From contig OX337228.1 in assembly GCA_946965045.2 (NCBI GenBank), positions 1,302,001 to 1,366,000 on the forward strand: a DNA stretch of 64,000 nt, written 5' to 3'. The DNA is from Epithemia pelagica. Taxonomy: Eukaryota; Protista; Bacillariophyta. A program made the position numbers and the translations under genes. Positions 50,066 through 60,525 of the stretch are shown here, piece by piece. The stretch's first letter is position 1. Each line of letters begins with the position of its first letter. The notes under the pieces are model-generated. The model was not told the DNA's origin, did no database searches, and saw only the letters and a program-made list of their open reading frames with translations.

Positions 50066-51364
50066 ATGGCAAACGCCGATCTAGATACAGGATTCGACTC
50101 CCTTCCCCTTTTGTGTTGCGATGGAAAAGTATCGAAGACCTTTCCTGATGGGAGGAAGCCTGAAAATATACTCGAGAGCAGAACCTTTACGAGTGAAGAA
50201 GGACAACAACGAGGTGACGAAGACGTGAATATTAGCAGCCTTGTTGATCCTGATAAAAAGGATTTACTTCTTTTCTCATTGTCGTCGTCGGATGAATGTT
50301 CCCTCCTTAGTTCCAACGACAATACTATCGATGCTACAAGTACTACCAGTGCCCCCTACTCCCACGTCATTCCCACATCCAAGTCGTTGGCTCCGCCATC
50401 ACAACCACAAGATACGGTCCCGTTTGAGCTGGAGGCCACTCGATCGGAATCGGAAGGCAACAGCAAGAGTGATAATAACTCTGAACTCCTAGCTCTGGTT
50501 CATGAAACCACCAAAGAGGAAAGTGATCACTTCCATTCGACACAAACTCTTAATCATGATCACGAGCTTTTCCAAGTCGGGACTACATGCGACAAACTAC
50601 TACTAGCCACTACTAGTGATACGAAGGCACTACCTCGTGAAGTCTCTCACACCACCGCAACTGGTACATCATCAGGAAGTATGACAAGGACGAGTTTGGT
50701 CTCATCTATGTTTCTGGCACAGCTTCAGGACGACTTGTCAACTTCCACCAACACTTCACAAGTTATTACTGGTCGCCCGCCTACTCGGTTGTACTTGTCC
50801 GCAGACCATGGTTATTTTTCGTCCTATCAACTGACTGTTCGTCAAAATGTCGAATTCTTTGAAGCACTACCGCATGATGTCGAGACACCAGCACAAGGAC
50901 GGCCTCGTCCTATAGTATTGGGACAAGTGGGAATTCGCTGTGCCTACTGTGCTCCCTTGTCACTTCGTGCCCCCGGCGCCGTTTGCTATCCCTCGAAACG
51001 ATCTGGTGTTTATCAAGCTGTCCAAAACATTGCAAAGATTCATTGGATTGAACATTGCACGGCCATTCCCCGTTCGGTTCGTCAGGAATTGTGCCGCAAA
51101 CGATCCATGAAATATCCCATGCGTCGTCGAGCCAGTAAGGCCAAATGGGCCACACGCGCCACGGCCTTAGGTGTCTACGAAGACAACGCATATGGAATCC
51201 TCCGCTTTGCACCCACGATCGATGCTTTAGGGTTCCCTCGAGAGGATGAGGAGGAGGAGAAGGAGGACAAAAATAGTAGCCATGGAGCCATGCTCGGTGA
51301 CGATGAGATGTGTGTACAGTCCATGAAAAATGAGCATGCAGACGAAACAATCAGACAAACATGA
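50066..51364 (+). CDS. Protein with diatom-typical Cys/His domain (LGQVGIRCxxC...YP...YQAxQN...H...C)
   Basis: 432-aa ATG ORF with SSYQLTVRQNVEFFEA...GRPRPIVLGQVGIRCAYC...GAVCYPSK..GVYQAVQNIAKIHWIEHC; recalled as an expanded diatom family. Confidence 0.8.
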   Translation: MANADLDTGFDSLPLLCCDGKVSKTFPDGRKPENILESRTFTSEEGQQRGDEDVNISSLVDPDKKDLLLFSLSSSDECSLLSSNDNTIDATSTTSAPYSHVIPTSKSLAPPSQPQDTVPFELEATRSESEGNSKSDNNSELLALVHETTKEESDHFHSTQTLNHDHELFQVGTTCDKLLLATTSDTKALPREVSHTTATGTSSGSMTRTSLVSSMFLAQLQDDLSTSTNTSQVITGRPPTRLYLSADHGYFSSYQLTVRQNVEFFEALPHDVETPAQGRPRPIVLGQVGIRCAYCAPLSLRAPGAVCYPSKRSGVYQAVQNIAKIHWIEHCTAIPRSVRQELCRKRSMKYPMRRRASKAKWATRATALGVYEDNAYGILRFAPTIDALGFPREDEEEEKEDKNSSHGAMLGDDEMCVQSMKNEHADETIRQT

Positions 51365-52047
51365 CCACTGACGCTAAAGCCTCGGTGCTCTAGTAGGCAC
51401 TCACTTAAACAAACGAAATACGTTGTTCTGTCATAGAAGAATGTAAACGGGTTTCCTTTGTTGAGATGGGTAGCCATCTCGCCAAACCACCAATAGCTAG
51501 CGAGAAGACATGGGTGTAAGCTTTTCCATTTGAGTGTGGGAAGCGTCCTGTCAGTCGTCCAGTTGAAAGATATAACTACCAGGACAACCACTAAATATCA
51601 CTCAATGTCAATGTATCTTTGACAAGGCCCTGTGAAGGTTAATGTCCAAACCTCTGGCGCTGGCGCCGCCATATCTCTACGGATTTACCGTCAAACCTTG
51701 AAACACTGCTTCTGGTTGGGTTTGAGCAACAAGACAGTGCTACTCAGCTCTACCAGTCTTCTTCTACACATGTTTTTAAGACTCTCCATATCTCTAGTAA
51801 ATGGTATAATTACTATTATTAACACAGAATCATTGTTCCAACAGCTTACAGCGTTTCTCATTAAAAGGAAACACACAACGCTTCCGCTTGAGCTATTTCA
51901 GCATACATCAAGAACGAAAGAATGGTTATTCAGAACCATATGAATGGGATAGTATGAGTTGATAGAGTTTGATAAATTCTGGCTCCAAAAGCATCATGCT
52001 CACTTGTGCCTCTGGTCACTGTCATACATCATGCCCTTGCCAGAGTC

Positions 52048-52821
52048 TTAATCTTCACCCTTCTTGCCTTTGCCAGAGTCTTCACCTTTACCCTTCTTGC
52101 CTTTGCCAGAGTCTCCTCCTTTGCCCTTGCCGCCCTTACCTTTACCTTCGGTCGGCTTGGATGTTGGCACACTTGTTGGACTTGAAGTGGGTGACCTGGT
52201 TGGTTTGTATGTTGGCTTGGAAGTTGGCTTGGAAGTGGGAGCAAACGTAGGTGAGTTGGTCGGTTTGGATGTTGGCTTCGCAGTAGGCTTTGACGTAGGC
52301 GCGGCAGTGGGTTCGTTAGTTGGCTTCGCAGTTGGTTTCGATGTAGGCGCGGCAGTGGGCTCGTTAGTTGGCTTCGCAGTTGGTTTCGCTGTCGGCTTCG
52401 AAGTAGGCATGTCTGTCGGTGCATTTGTCGGCTTCGATGTCGGCTTCGCTGTCGGCTTGGAAGTAGGCGTGTCTGTCGGTGCATTTGTCGGCTTCGATGT
52501 CGGCTTCGCTGTCGGCTTGGAAATAGGCATGTCTGTCGGTGCATTTGTCGGCTTCGATGTCGGCTTTGAAGTCGGTTTGGAAGGTGGCGAGAATGTCGGT
52601 GAGTCGGTTGGGCTACTCGTCGGATGGCTTGTCTGTCCTTTTCCTTTTCCTTTTCCTTTTCCGCTGTCGCCTTTTCCGCTCTCCTTTTTGCCTTTTCCAC
52701 TGTCCTTTTTACCTTTGCCGCTCTCGTAATCGTATTGGTATTCGGAGCTAGCCTGGACAGTGTCCGAAAGCATCAGCATACCAAGAAGCACAAGGAGGAG
52801 TGAGACGAATCGAGAGTTCAT
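52048..52821 (-). CDS. Secreted Lys/Gly-rich and xKPT-repeat protein, copy 1 (257 aa)
   Basis: Signal peptide MNSRFVSLLLVLLGMLMLSDTVQA, then SGKGK blocks, about 30 xPT repeats, and a GKGK C-terminal block. Confidence 0.88.
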   Translation of the reverse strand: MNSRFVSLLLVLLGMLMLSDTVQASSEYQYDYESGKGKKDSGKGKKESGKGDSGKGKGKGKGQTSHPTSSPTDSPTFSPPSKPTSKPTSKPTNAPTDMPISKPTAKPTSKPTNAPTDTPTSKPTAKPTSKPTNAPTDMPTSKPTAKPTAKPTNEPTAAPTSKPTAKPTNEPTAAPTSKPTAKPTSKPTNSPTFAPTSKPTSKPTYKPTRSPTSSPTSVPTSKPTEGKGKGGKGKGGDSGKGKKGKGEDSGKGKKGED

Positions 52822-54167
52822 GGTGGTTCTGTTTTTCCGTGGTTGAAACAAGGCTTTCAGTTTGCTGTTGCTTTCGGAATATGAACTCCAAGTTTGGGTG
52901 GAAGATTAACATGTTAGTCTTTCGAAGAGAGTTTACCGCCAAAAGAGGTTTCATTTCATAATCACGTGCACTAAGAACGGACACGCATGGCATGTCTTCG
53001 ACAATTGATTGAATGGAAACCTTTTGTTTCCAACAACATGCAACGGCTCATAAAAGTTGTATTTTACAAGAATTCAGTCGATTCAATTTTGTGGAGGTTG
53101 TTGATCAACGAACTTCCAAAGCGCGCTCATTCCGCGTCGGCATATTTTCAACGGATGATCGGAGACTGTTGTCTGTTGTCGATGAAAAAAAAACGGACAA
53201 TTTCGTCTGAACATCCGTTCAGGATCTGCTTGTACACGAATGGGTACTTTACAATCAACCTGTTATGATCTAATCAAGTAGGAGTAGCTATTACTCCTCT
53301 ACTAGGAGTAGGAGTAGGAGTAGCTAGCTAGAGAGAGGGATGGTCTACCACCTTTTCCGATGAAGATTTGTCTACTCGTGGTAGCAGCAGTAGGGTACTA
53401 CTCGCCTATGTTCATTGTTCGTCCTACCACAGACAGACAGTTCCAGGCAAAAGAAGATAAACGCTGGGTCCCGAACCAAAATCCCGATTAACCTTTATGC
53501 GAGCAATCAGAGTAGTTTTCTGGATGGAATTGATTTAGGTTCCCATGTGACTCCATTCGAACAATCCTAACTCTCTTTCCATATACTTTAAAGCCAATCT
53601 TAAACAGAATTGGCTCTTGCTCATCCAACAAGCGTCTTTGCACCACCAACCGCCTCTAGATGTATGCAAGCTTTTTCAATTGAGCATGGGAAGGCAGTAA
53701 TCATCATCCAGCTGAAAGATAAAACTACCAGCGCCACTAAATATCACTCAATGTCAAATTATCTTTGACAAGCCCTGTGAAGGTTAATGTCCAAACCTCC
53801 GGATTTACCGTCAAACCTTGAAACACTGCTTCTGGTTGGGTTTGAGCAACAAGACAGTGCTACTCAGCTCTACCAGTCTTCTTCTACACATGTTTTTAAG
53901 ACTCTCCATATCTCAAGTAAATGGTATAATTACTATTATTAACACAGAATCATTGTTCCAACAGCTTACAGCGTTTCTCATTAAAAGGAAACACACAACG
54001 CTTCCGCTTGAGCTATTTCAGCATACATCAAGAACGAAAGAATGGTTATTCAGAACCATATGAATGGGATAGTATGAGTTGATAGAGTTTGATAAATTCT
54101 GGCTCCAAAAGCATCATGCTCACTTGTGCCTCTGGTCACTGTCATACATCATGCCCTTGCCAGAGTC

Positions 54168-54935
54168 TTAATCTTCACCCTTCTTGCCTTTGCCAGAGTC
54201 TTCACCTTTACCCTTCTTGCCTTTGCCAGAGTCTCCTCCTTTGCCCTTGCCGCCCTTACCTTTACCTTCGGTCGGCTTGGATGTTGGCACACTTGTTGGA
54301 CTTGAAGTGGGTGACCTGGTTGGTTTGTATGTTGGCTTGGAAGTTGGCTTGGAAGTGGGAGCAAACGTAGGTGAGTTGGTCGGTTTGGATGTTGGCTTCG
54401 CAGTAGGCTTTGACGTAGGCGCGGCAGTGGGTTTGTTAGTTGGCTTCGCAGTTGGTTTCGATGTAGGCGCGGCAGTGGGCTCGTTAGTTGGCTTCGCAGT
54501 TGGTTTCGCTGTCGGCTTCGAAGTAGGCATGTCTGTCGGTGCATTTGTCGGCTTCGATGTCGGCTTCGCTGTCGGCTTGGAAGTAGGCGTGTCTGTCGGT
54601 GCATTTGTCGGCTTCGATGTCGGCTTCGCTGTCGGCTTGGAAATAGGCATGTCTGTCGGTGCATTTGTCGGCTTCGATGTCGGCTTTGAAGTCGGTTTGG
54701 AAGGTGGCGAGAATGTCGGTGAGTCGATTGGGCTACTCGTCGGATGGCTTGTCTGTCCTTTTCCTTTTCCTTTTCCGCTGTCGCCTTTTCCGCTCTCCTT
54801 TTTGCCTTTTCCACTGTCCTTTTTACCTTTGCCGCTCTCGTAATCGTATTGGTATTCGGAGCTAGCCTGGACAGTGTCCGAAAGCATCAGCATACCAAGA
54901 AGCACAAGGAGGAGTGAGACGAATCGAGAGTTCAT
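54168..54935 (-). CDS. Secreted Lys/Gly-rich and xKPT-repeat protein, copy 2 (255 aa)
   Basis: As copy 1, minus one KG dipeptide; T to I (SPIDS) and E to K variants. Confidence 0.88.
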   Translation of the reverse strand: MNSRFVSLLLVLLGMLMLSDTVQASSEYQYDYESGKGKKDSGKGKKESGKGDSGKGKGKGQTSHPTSSPIDSPTFSPPSKPTSKPTSKPTNAPTDMPISKPTAKPTSKPTNAPTDTPTSKPTAKPTSKPTNAPTDMPTSKPTAKPTAKPTNEPTAAPTSKPTAKPTNKPTAAPTSKPTAKPTSKPTNSPTFAPTSKPTSKPTYKPTRSPTSSPTSVPTSKPTEGKGKGGKGKGGDSGKGKKGKGEDSGKGKKGED

Positions 54936-56281
54936 GGTGGTTCTGTTTTTCCGTGGTTGAAACAAGGCTTTCAGTTTGCTGTTGCTTTCGGAATATGAAC
55001 TCCAGGTTTGGGTGGAAGATTAACATGTTAGTCTTTCGAAGAGAGTTTACCGCCAAAAGAGGTTTCATTTCATAATCACGTGCACTAAGAACGGACACGC
55101 ATGGCATGTCTTCGACAATTGATTGAATGGAAACCTTTTGTTTCCAACAACATGCAACGGCTCATAAAAGTTGTATTTTACAAGAATTCAGTCGATTCAA
55201 TTTTGTGGAGGTTGTTGTTCAACGAACTTCCAAAGCGCGCTCATTCCGCGTCGGCATATTTTCAACGGATGATCGGAGACTGTTGTCTGTTGTCGATGAA
55301 AAAAAAACGGACAATTTCGTCTGAACATCCGTTCAGGATCTGCTTGTACACGAATGGGTACTTTACAATCAACCTGTTATGATCTAATCAAGTAGGAGTA
55401 GCTATTACTCCTCTACTAGGAGTAGGAGTAGGAGTAGCTAGCTAGAGAGAGGGATGGTCTACCACCTTTTCCGATGAAGATTTGTCTACTCGTGGTAGCA
55501 GCAGTAGGGTACTACTCGCCTATGTTCATTGTTCATCCTACCACAGACAGACAGTTCCAGGCAAAAGAAGATAAACGCTGGGTCCCGAACCAAAATCCCG
55601 ATTAACCTTTATGCGAGCAATCAGAGTAGTTTTCTGGATGGAATTGATTTAGGTTCCCATGTGACTCCATTCGAACAATCCTAACTCTCTTTCCATATAC
55701 TTTAAAGCCAATCTAAAACAGAATTGGCTCTTGCTCATCCAACAAGCGTCTTTGCACCACCAACCGCCTCTAGATGTATGCAAGCTTTTTCAATTGAGCA
55801 TGGGAAGGCAGTAATCATCATCCAGCTGAAAGATAAAACTACCAGCGCCACTAAATATCACTCAATGTCAAATTATCTTTGACAAGCCCTGTGAAGGTTA
55901 ATGTCCAAACCTCCGGATTTACCGTCAAACCTTGAAACACTGCTTCTGGTTGGGTTTGAGCAACAAGACAGTGCTACTCAGCTCTACCAGTCTTCTTCTA
56001 CACATGTTTTTAAGACTCTCCATATCTCAAGTAAATGGTATAATTACTATTATTAACACAGAATCATTGTTCCAACAGCTTACAGCGTTTCTCATTAAAA
56101 GGAAACACACAACGCTTCCGCTTGAGCTATTTCAGCATACATCAAGAACGAAAGAATGGTTATTCAGAACCATATGAATGGGATAGTATGAGTTGATAGA
56201 GTTTGATAAATTCTGGCTCCAAAAGCATCATGCTCACTTGTGCCTCTGGTCACTGTCATACATCATGCCCTTGCCAGAGTC

Positions 56282-57049
56282 TTAATCTTCACCCTTCTTG
56301 CCTTTGCCAGAGTCTTCACCTTTACCCTTCTTGCCTTTGCCAGAGTCTCCTCCTTTGCCCTTGCCGCCCTTACCTTTACCTTCGGTCGGCTTGGATGTTG
56401 GCACACTTGTTGGACTTGAAGTGGGTGACCTGGTTGGTTTGTATGTTGGCTTGGAAGTTGGCTTGGAAGTGGGAGCAAACGTAGGTGAGTTGGTCGGTTT
56501 GGATGTTGGCTTCGCAGTAGGCTTTGACGTAGGCGCGGCAGTGGGTTTGTTAGTTGGCTTCGCAGTTGGTTTCGATGTAGGCGCGGCAGTGGGCTCGTTA
56601 GTTGGCTTCGCAGTTGGTTTCGCTGTCGGCTTCGAAGTAGGCATGTCTGTCGGTGCATTTGTCGGCTTCGATGTCGGCTTCGCTGTCGGCTTGGAAGTAG
56701 GCGTGTCTGTCGGTGCATTTGTCGGCTTCGATGTCGGCTTCGCTGTCGGCTTGGAAATAGGCATGTCTGTCGGTGCATTTGTCGGCTTCGATGTCGGCTT
56801 TGAAGTCGGTTTGGAAGGTGGCGAGAATGTCGGTGAGTCGGTTGGGCTACTCGTCGGATGGCTTGTCTGTCCTTTTCCTTTTCCTTTTCCGCTGTCGCCT
56901 TTTCCGCTCTCCTTTTTGCCTTTTCCACTGTCCTTTTTACCTTTGCCGCTCTCGTAATCGTATTGGTATTCGGAGCTAGCCTGGACAGTGTCCGAAAGCA
57001 TCAGCATACCAAGAAGCACAAGGAGGAGTGAGACGAATCGAGAGTTCAT
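56282..57049 (-). CDS. Secreted Lys/Gly-rich and xKPT-repeat protein, copy 3 (255 aa)
   Basis: As copy 2 but SPTDS. Confidence 0.88.
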   Translation of the reverse strand: MNSRFVSLLLVLLGMLMLSDTVQASSEYQYDYESGKGKKDSGKGKKESGKGDSGKGKGKGQTSHPTSSPTDSPTFSPPSKPTSKPTSKPTNAPTDMPISKPTAKPTSKPTNAPTDTPTSKPTAKPTSKPTNAPTDMPTSKPTAKPTAKPTNEPTAAPTSKPTAKPTNKPTAAPTSKPTAKPTSKPTNSPTFAPTSKPTSKPTYKPTRSPTSSPTSVPTSKPTEGKGKGGKGKGGDSGKGKKGKGEDSGKGKKGED

Positions 57050-58395
57050 GGTGGTTCTGTTTTTCCGTGGTTGAAACAAGGCTTTCAGTTTGCTGTTGCT
57101 TTCGGAATATGAACTCCAGGTTTGGGTGGAAGATTAACATGTTAGTCTTTCGAAGAGAGTTTACCGCCAAAAGAGGTTTCATTTCATAATCACGTGCACT
57201 AAGAACGGACACGCATGGCATGTCTTCGACAATTGATTGAATGGAAACCTTTTGTTTCCAACAACATGCAACGGCTCATAAAAGTTGTATTTTACAAGAA
57301 TTCAGTCGATTCAATTTTGTGGAGGTTGTTGATCAACGAACTTCCAAAGCGCGCTCATTCCGCGTCGGCATATTTTCAACGGATGATCGGAGACTGTTGT
57401 CTGTTGTCTATGAAAAAAAAACGGACAATTTCGTCTGAACATCCGTTCAGGATCTGCTTGTACACGAATGGGTACTTTACAATCAACCTGTTATGATCTA
57501 ATCAAGTAGGAGTAGCTATTACTCCTCTACTAGGAGTAGGAGTAGGAGTAGCTAGCTAGAGAGAGGGATGGTCTACCACCTTTTCCGATGAAGATTTGTC
57601 TACTCGTGGTAGCAGGAGTAGGGTACTACTCGCCTATGTTCATTGTTCATCCTACCACAGACAGACAGTTCCAGGCAAAAGAAGATAAACGCTGGGTCCC
57701 GAACCAAAATCCCGATTAACCTTTATGCGAGCAATCAGAGTAGTTTTCTGAATGGAATTGATTTAGGTTCCCATGTGACTCCATTCGAACAATCCTAACT
57801 CTCTTTCCATATACTTTAAAGCCAATCTAAAACAGAATTGGCTCTTGCTCATCCAACAAGCGTCTTTGCACCACCAACCGCCTCTAGATGTATGCAAGCT
57901 TTTTCAATTGAGCATGGGAAGGCAGTAATCATCATCCAGCTGAAATATAAAACTACCAGCGCCACTAAATATCACTCAATGTCAAATTATCTTTGACAAG
58001 CCCTGTGAAGGTTAATGTCCAAACCTCCGGATTTACCGTCAAACCTTGAAACACTGCTTCTGGTTGGGTTTGAGCAACAAGACAGTGCTACTCAGCTCTA
58101 CCAGTCTTCTTCTACACATGTTTTTAAGACTCTCCATATCTCAAGTAAATGGTATAATTACTATTATTAACACAGAATCATTGTTCCAACAGCTTACAGC
58201 GTTTCTCATTAAAAGGAAACACACAACGCTTCCGCTTGAGCTATTTCAGCATACATCAAGAACGAAAGAATGGTTATTCAGAACCATATGAATGGGATAG
58301 TATGAGTTGATAGAGTTTGATAAATTCTGGCTCCAAAAGCATCATGCTCACTTGTGCCTCTGGTCACTGTCATACATCATGCCCTTGCCAGAGTC

Positions 58396-59169
58396 TTAAT
58401 CTTCACCCTTCTTGCCTTTGCCAGAGTCTTCACCTTTACCCTTCTTGCCTTTGCCAGAGTCTCCTCCTTTGCCCTTGCCGCCCTTACCTTTACCTTCGGT
58501 CGGCTTGGATGTTGGCACACTTGTTGGACTTGAAGTGGGTGACCTGGTTGGTTTGTATGTTGGCTTGGAAGTTGGCTTGGAAGTGGGAGCAAACGTAGGT
58601 GAGTTGGTCGGTTTGGATGTTGGCTTCGCAGTAGGCTTTGACGTAGGCGCGGCAGTGGGTTCGTTAGTTGGCTTCGCAGTTGGTTTCGATGTAGGCGCGG
58701 CAGTGGGCTCGTTAGTTGGCTTCGCAGTTGGTTTCGCTGTCGGCTTCGAAGTAGGCATGTCTGTCGGTGCATTTGTCGGCTTCGATGTCGGCTTCGCTGT
58801 CGGCTTGGAAGTAGGCGTGTCTGTCGGTGCATTTGTCGGCTTCGATGTCGGCTTCGCTGTCGGCTTGGAAATAGGCATGTCTGTCGGTGCATTTGTCGGC
58901 TTCGATGTCGGCTTTGAAGTCGGTTTGGAAGGTGGCGAGAATGTCGGTGAGTCGGTTGGGCTACTCGTCGGATGGCTTGTCTGTCCTTTTCCTTTTCCTT
59001 TTCCTTTTCCGCTGTCGCCTTTTCCGCTCTCCTTTTTGCCTTTTCCACTGTCCTTTTTACCTTTGCCGCTCTCGTAATCGTATTGGTATTCGGAGCTAGC
59101 CTGGACAGTGTCCGAAAGCATCAGCATACCAAGAAGCACAAGGAGGAGTGAGACGAATCGAGAGTTCAT
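58396..59169 (-). CDS. Secreted Lys/Gly-rich and xKPT-repeat protein, copy 4 (257 aa)
   Basis: Protein identical to copy 1; unique upstream sequence beyond about 59230. Confidence 0.88.
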   Translation of the reverse strand: MNSRFVSLLLVLLGMLMLSDTVQASSEYQYDYESGKGKKDSGKGKKESGKGDSGKGKGKGKGQTSHPTSSPTDSPTFSPPSKPTSKPTSKPTNAPTDMPISKPTAKPTSKPTNAPTDTPTSKPTAKPTSKPTNAPTDMPTSKPTAKPTAKPTNEPTAAPTSKPTAKPTNEPTAAPTSKPTAKPTSKPTNSPTFAPTSKPTSKPTYKPTRSPTSSPTSVPTSKPTEGKGKGGKGKGGDSGKGKKGKGEDSGKGKKGED

Positions 59170-60525
59170 GGTGGTTCTGTTTTTCCGTGGCTGAAACAAG
59201 GCTTTCAGTTTGCGGTTGCTTTCAGATTATGACAGGAAGTGAATGAGTTTGGACGCCTCGTTGCTTTGGTTTCCAGTCGTGTGCTCTTCCCTTGAGAGGG
59301 GAAGCACGTGCAATTTGAACGGAAAGCATTGAATGGATCCATATGTTGTTTTCAACGAAAATTTGAGTATAGATTTTTCGGTGAGCAAAAAATGAGGCAT
59401 TTGAGTTTTGAGTCATCGACAGCCCTGCGCACTTTTGTGGAGCACCGCTGTTGTGCGCCGGGCTCACCTAAGTAGGCATGTGTAATGTGTATAATAATAT
59501 TTCCTTAGCGCTTGAACGATGAAAGATTCCAGAGTCGTATGAAAATATCTCGTTGAGTTTTACAAAATTTTGGGTCTGTTCGACTATGCGGTTGCATTTA
59601 AAATTATGTCGTTGATGTCCGTTGGTCCGTTCTAGACTTTGTTCCGAATGAGGGGCTTTTAAGAATCCCGCGGGCGAAAAAGCAATGAAACCAAAGGTTT
59701 ACTAATAATAATACCACATACTCTCGTCCATACATCGCATATCTTGAGTACATAGATGATGATACTCAACCGATGCCGTTGGAGGTTCTGAACCGCTTTT
59801 GGAACGCTCCCTAATTTTCCTTGGAAAATCTTGAGATGCCGCGCACTGCTTGAAAATTTGGGGGTGATCGAGCGTTTGTGAAGCCGTTATCCACATTGCC
59901 AAATTTTGGTCGCTGCGACTTGGAGAATGTTTAAGCCCCATAGATCTGGAATGAGGGAGAGCCATGGCCAGAATCTTTGAGCTCTCCTTTGCGCAAAACT
60001 GTCTAGCGAAGAGATATCGGCGGCGACACAAGACTCTGGTGTTCCGGATGTTCGCAACGGTGTATGCGATGGACGAAAAGAAGGACATTTTCGTCCGTGG
60101 TGTTGTGGCTGGTTCGTGGTAAGTCCTCGTTGTCGTGTGGAGATGCATGGATTTTGGTCGAATGGAATCGTCCAGTGGTGGACGAATAGACGGGCGGTAA
60201 CGTCGACAGTAACCGACGTTTGCCTGGGACGGTGCATGAGATAGAAGTGTTCGATTGTTGAGTCTCAGGCGGATCAAGCTGCGTACTGACCGTGTAAGGA
60301 CTACTCACAGCAAGAAACAGGCGAGATCAATTCGATGTAGCACTAGTAACTCGAGTGCAGACAACAAATAACATAGTAGATAGAAGCGCCTTTGAGCAAT
60401 GAGTGCTAGACTTGACGGAGATGAATGTTACTTAGGGTTGACTTCTTTACTCGAGCGAGAACACTGCTAGAGACTTTTTACATATTAGAATCCTTTCCTA
60501 GTCGATACGTACTACAGCAACTTCT

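Larger units (their letters stand above)
51494..59230 (-). repeat. Tandem array with 2114-bp period, four gene copies
   Basis: Anchor CCACTAAATATCACTCAATG at 51588, 53734, 55848, 57962. Homology breaks at about 51494 and about 59230. Confidence 0.95.

Noticed and set aside
52064-59077. Plus-strand 219-221 aa Val/Gly/Phe ORFs and the overlapping Arg-rich minus-strand ORFs in the array
   Set aside because: These are frame and antisense shadows of the repetitive KPT coding sequence; only the signal-peptide frame makes biological sense.
59702-60308. 191-aa and overlapping ORFs
   Set aside because: No motifs, non-ATG or overlapping starts and stop-interrupted alternatives; coding is not supportable.
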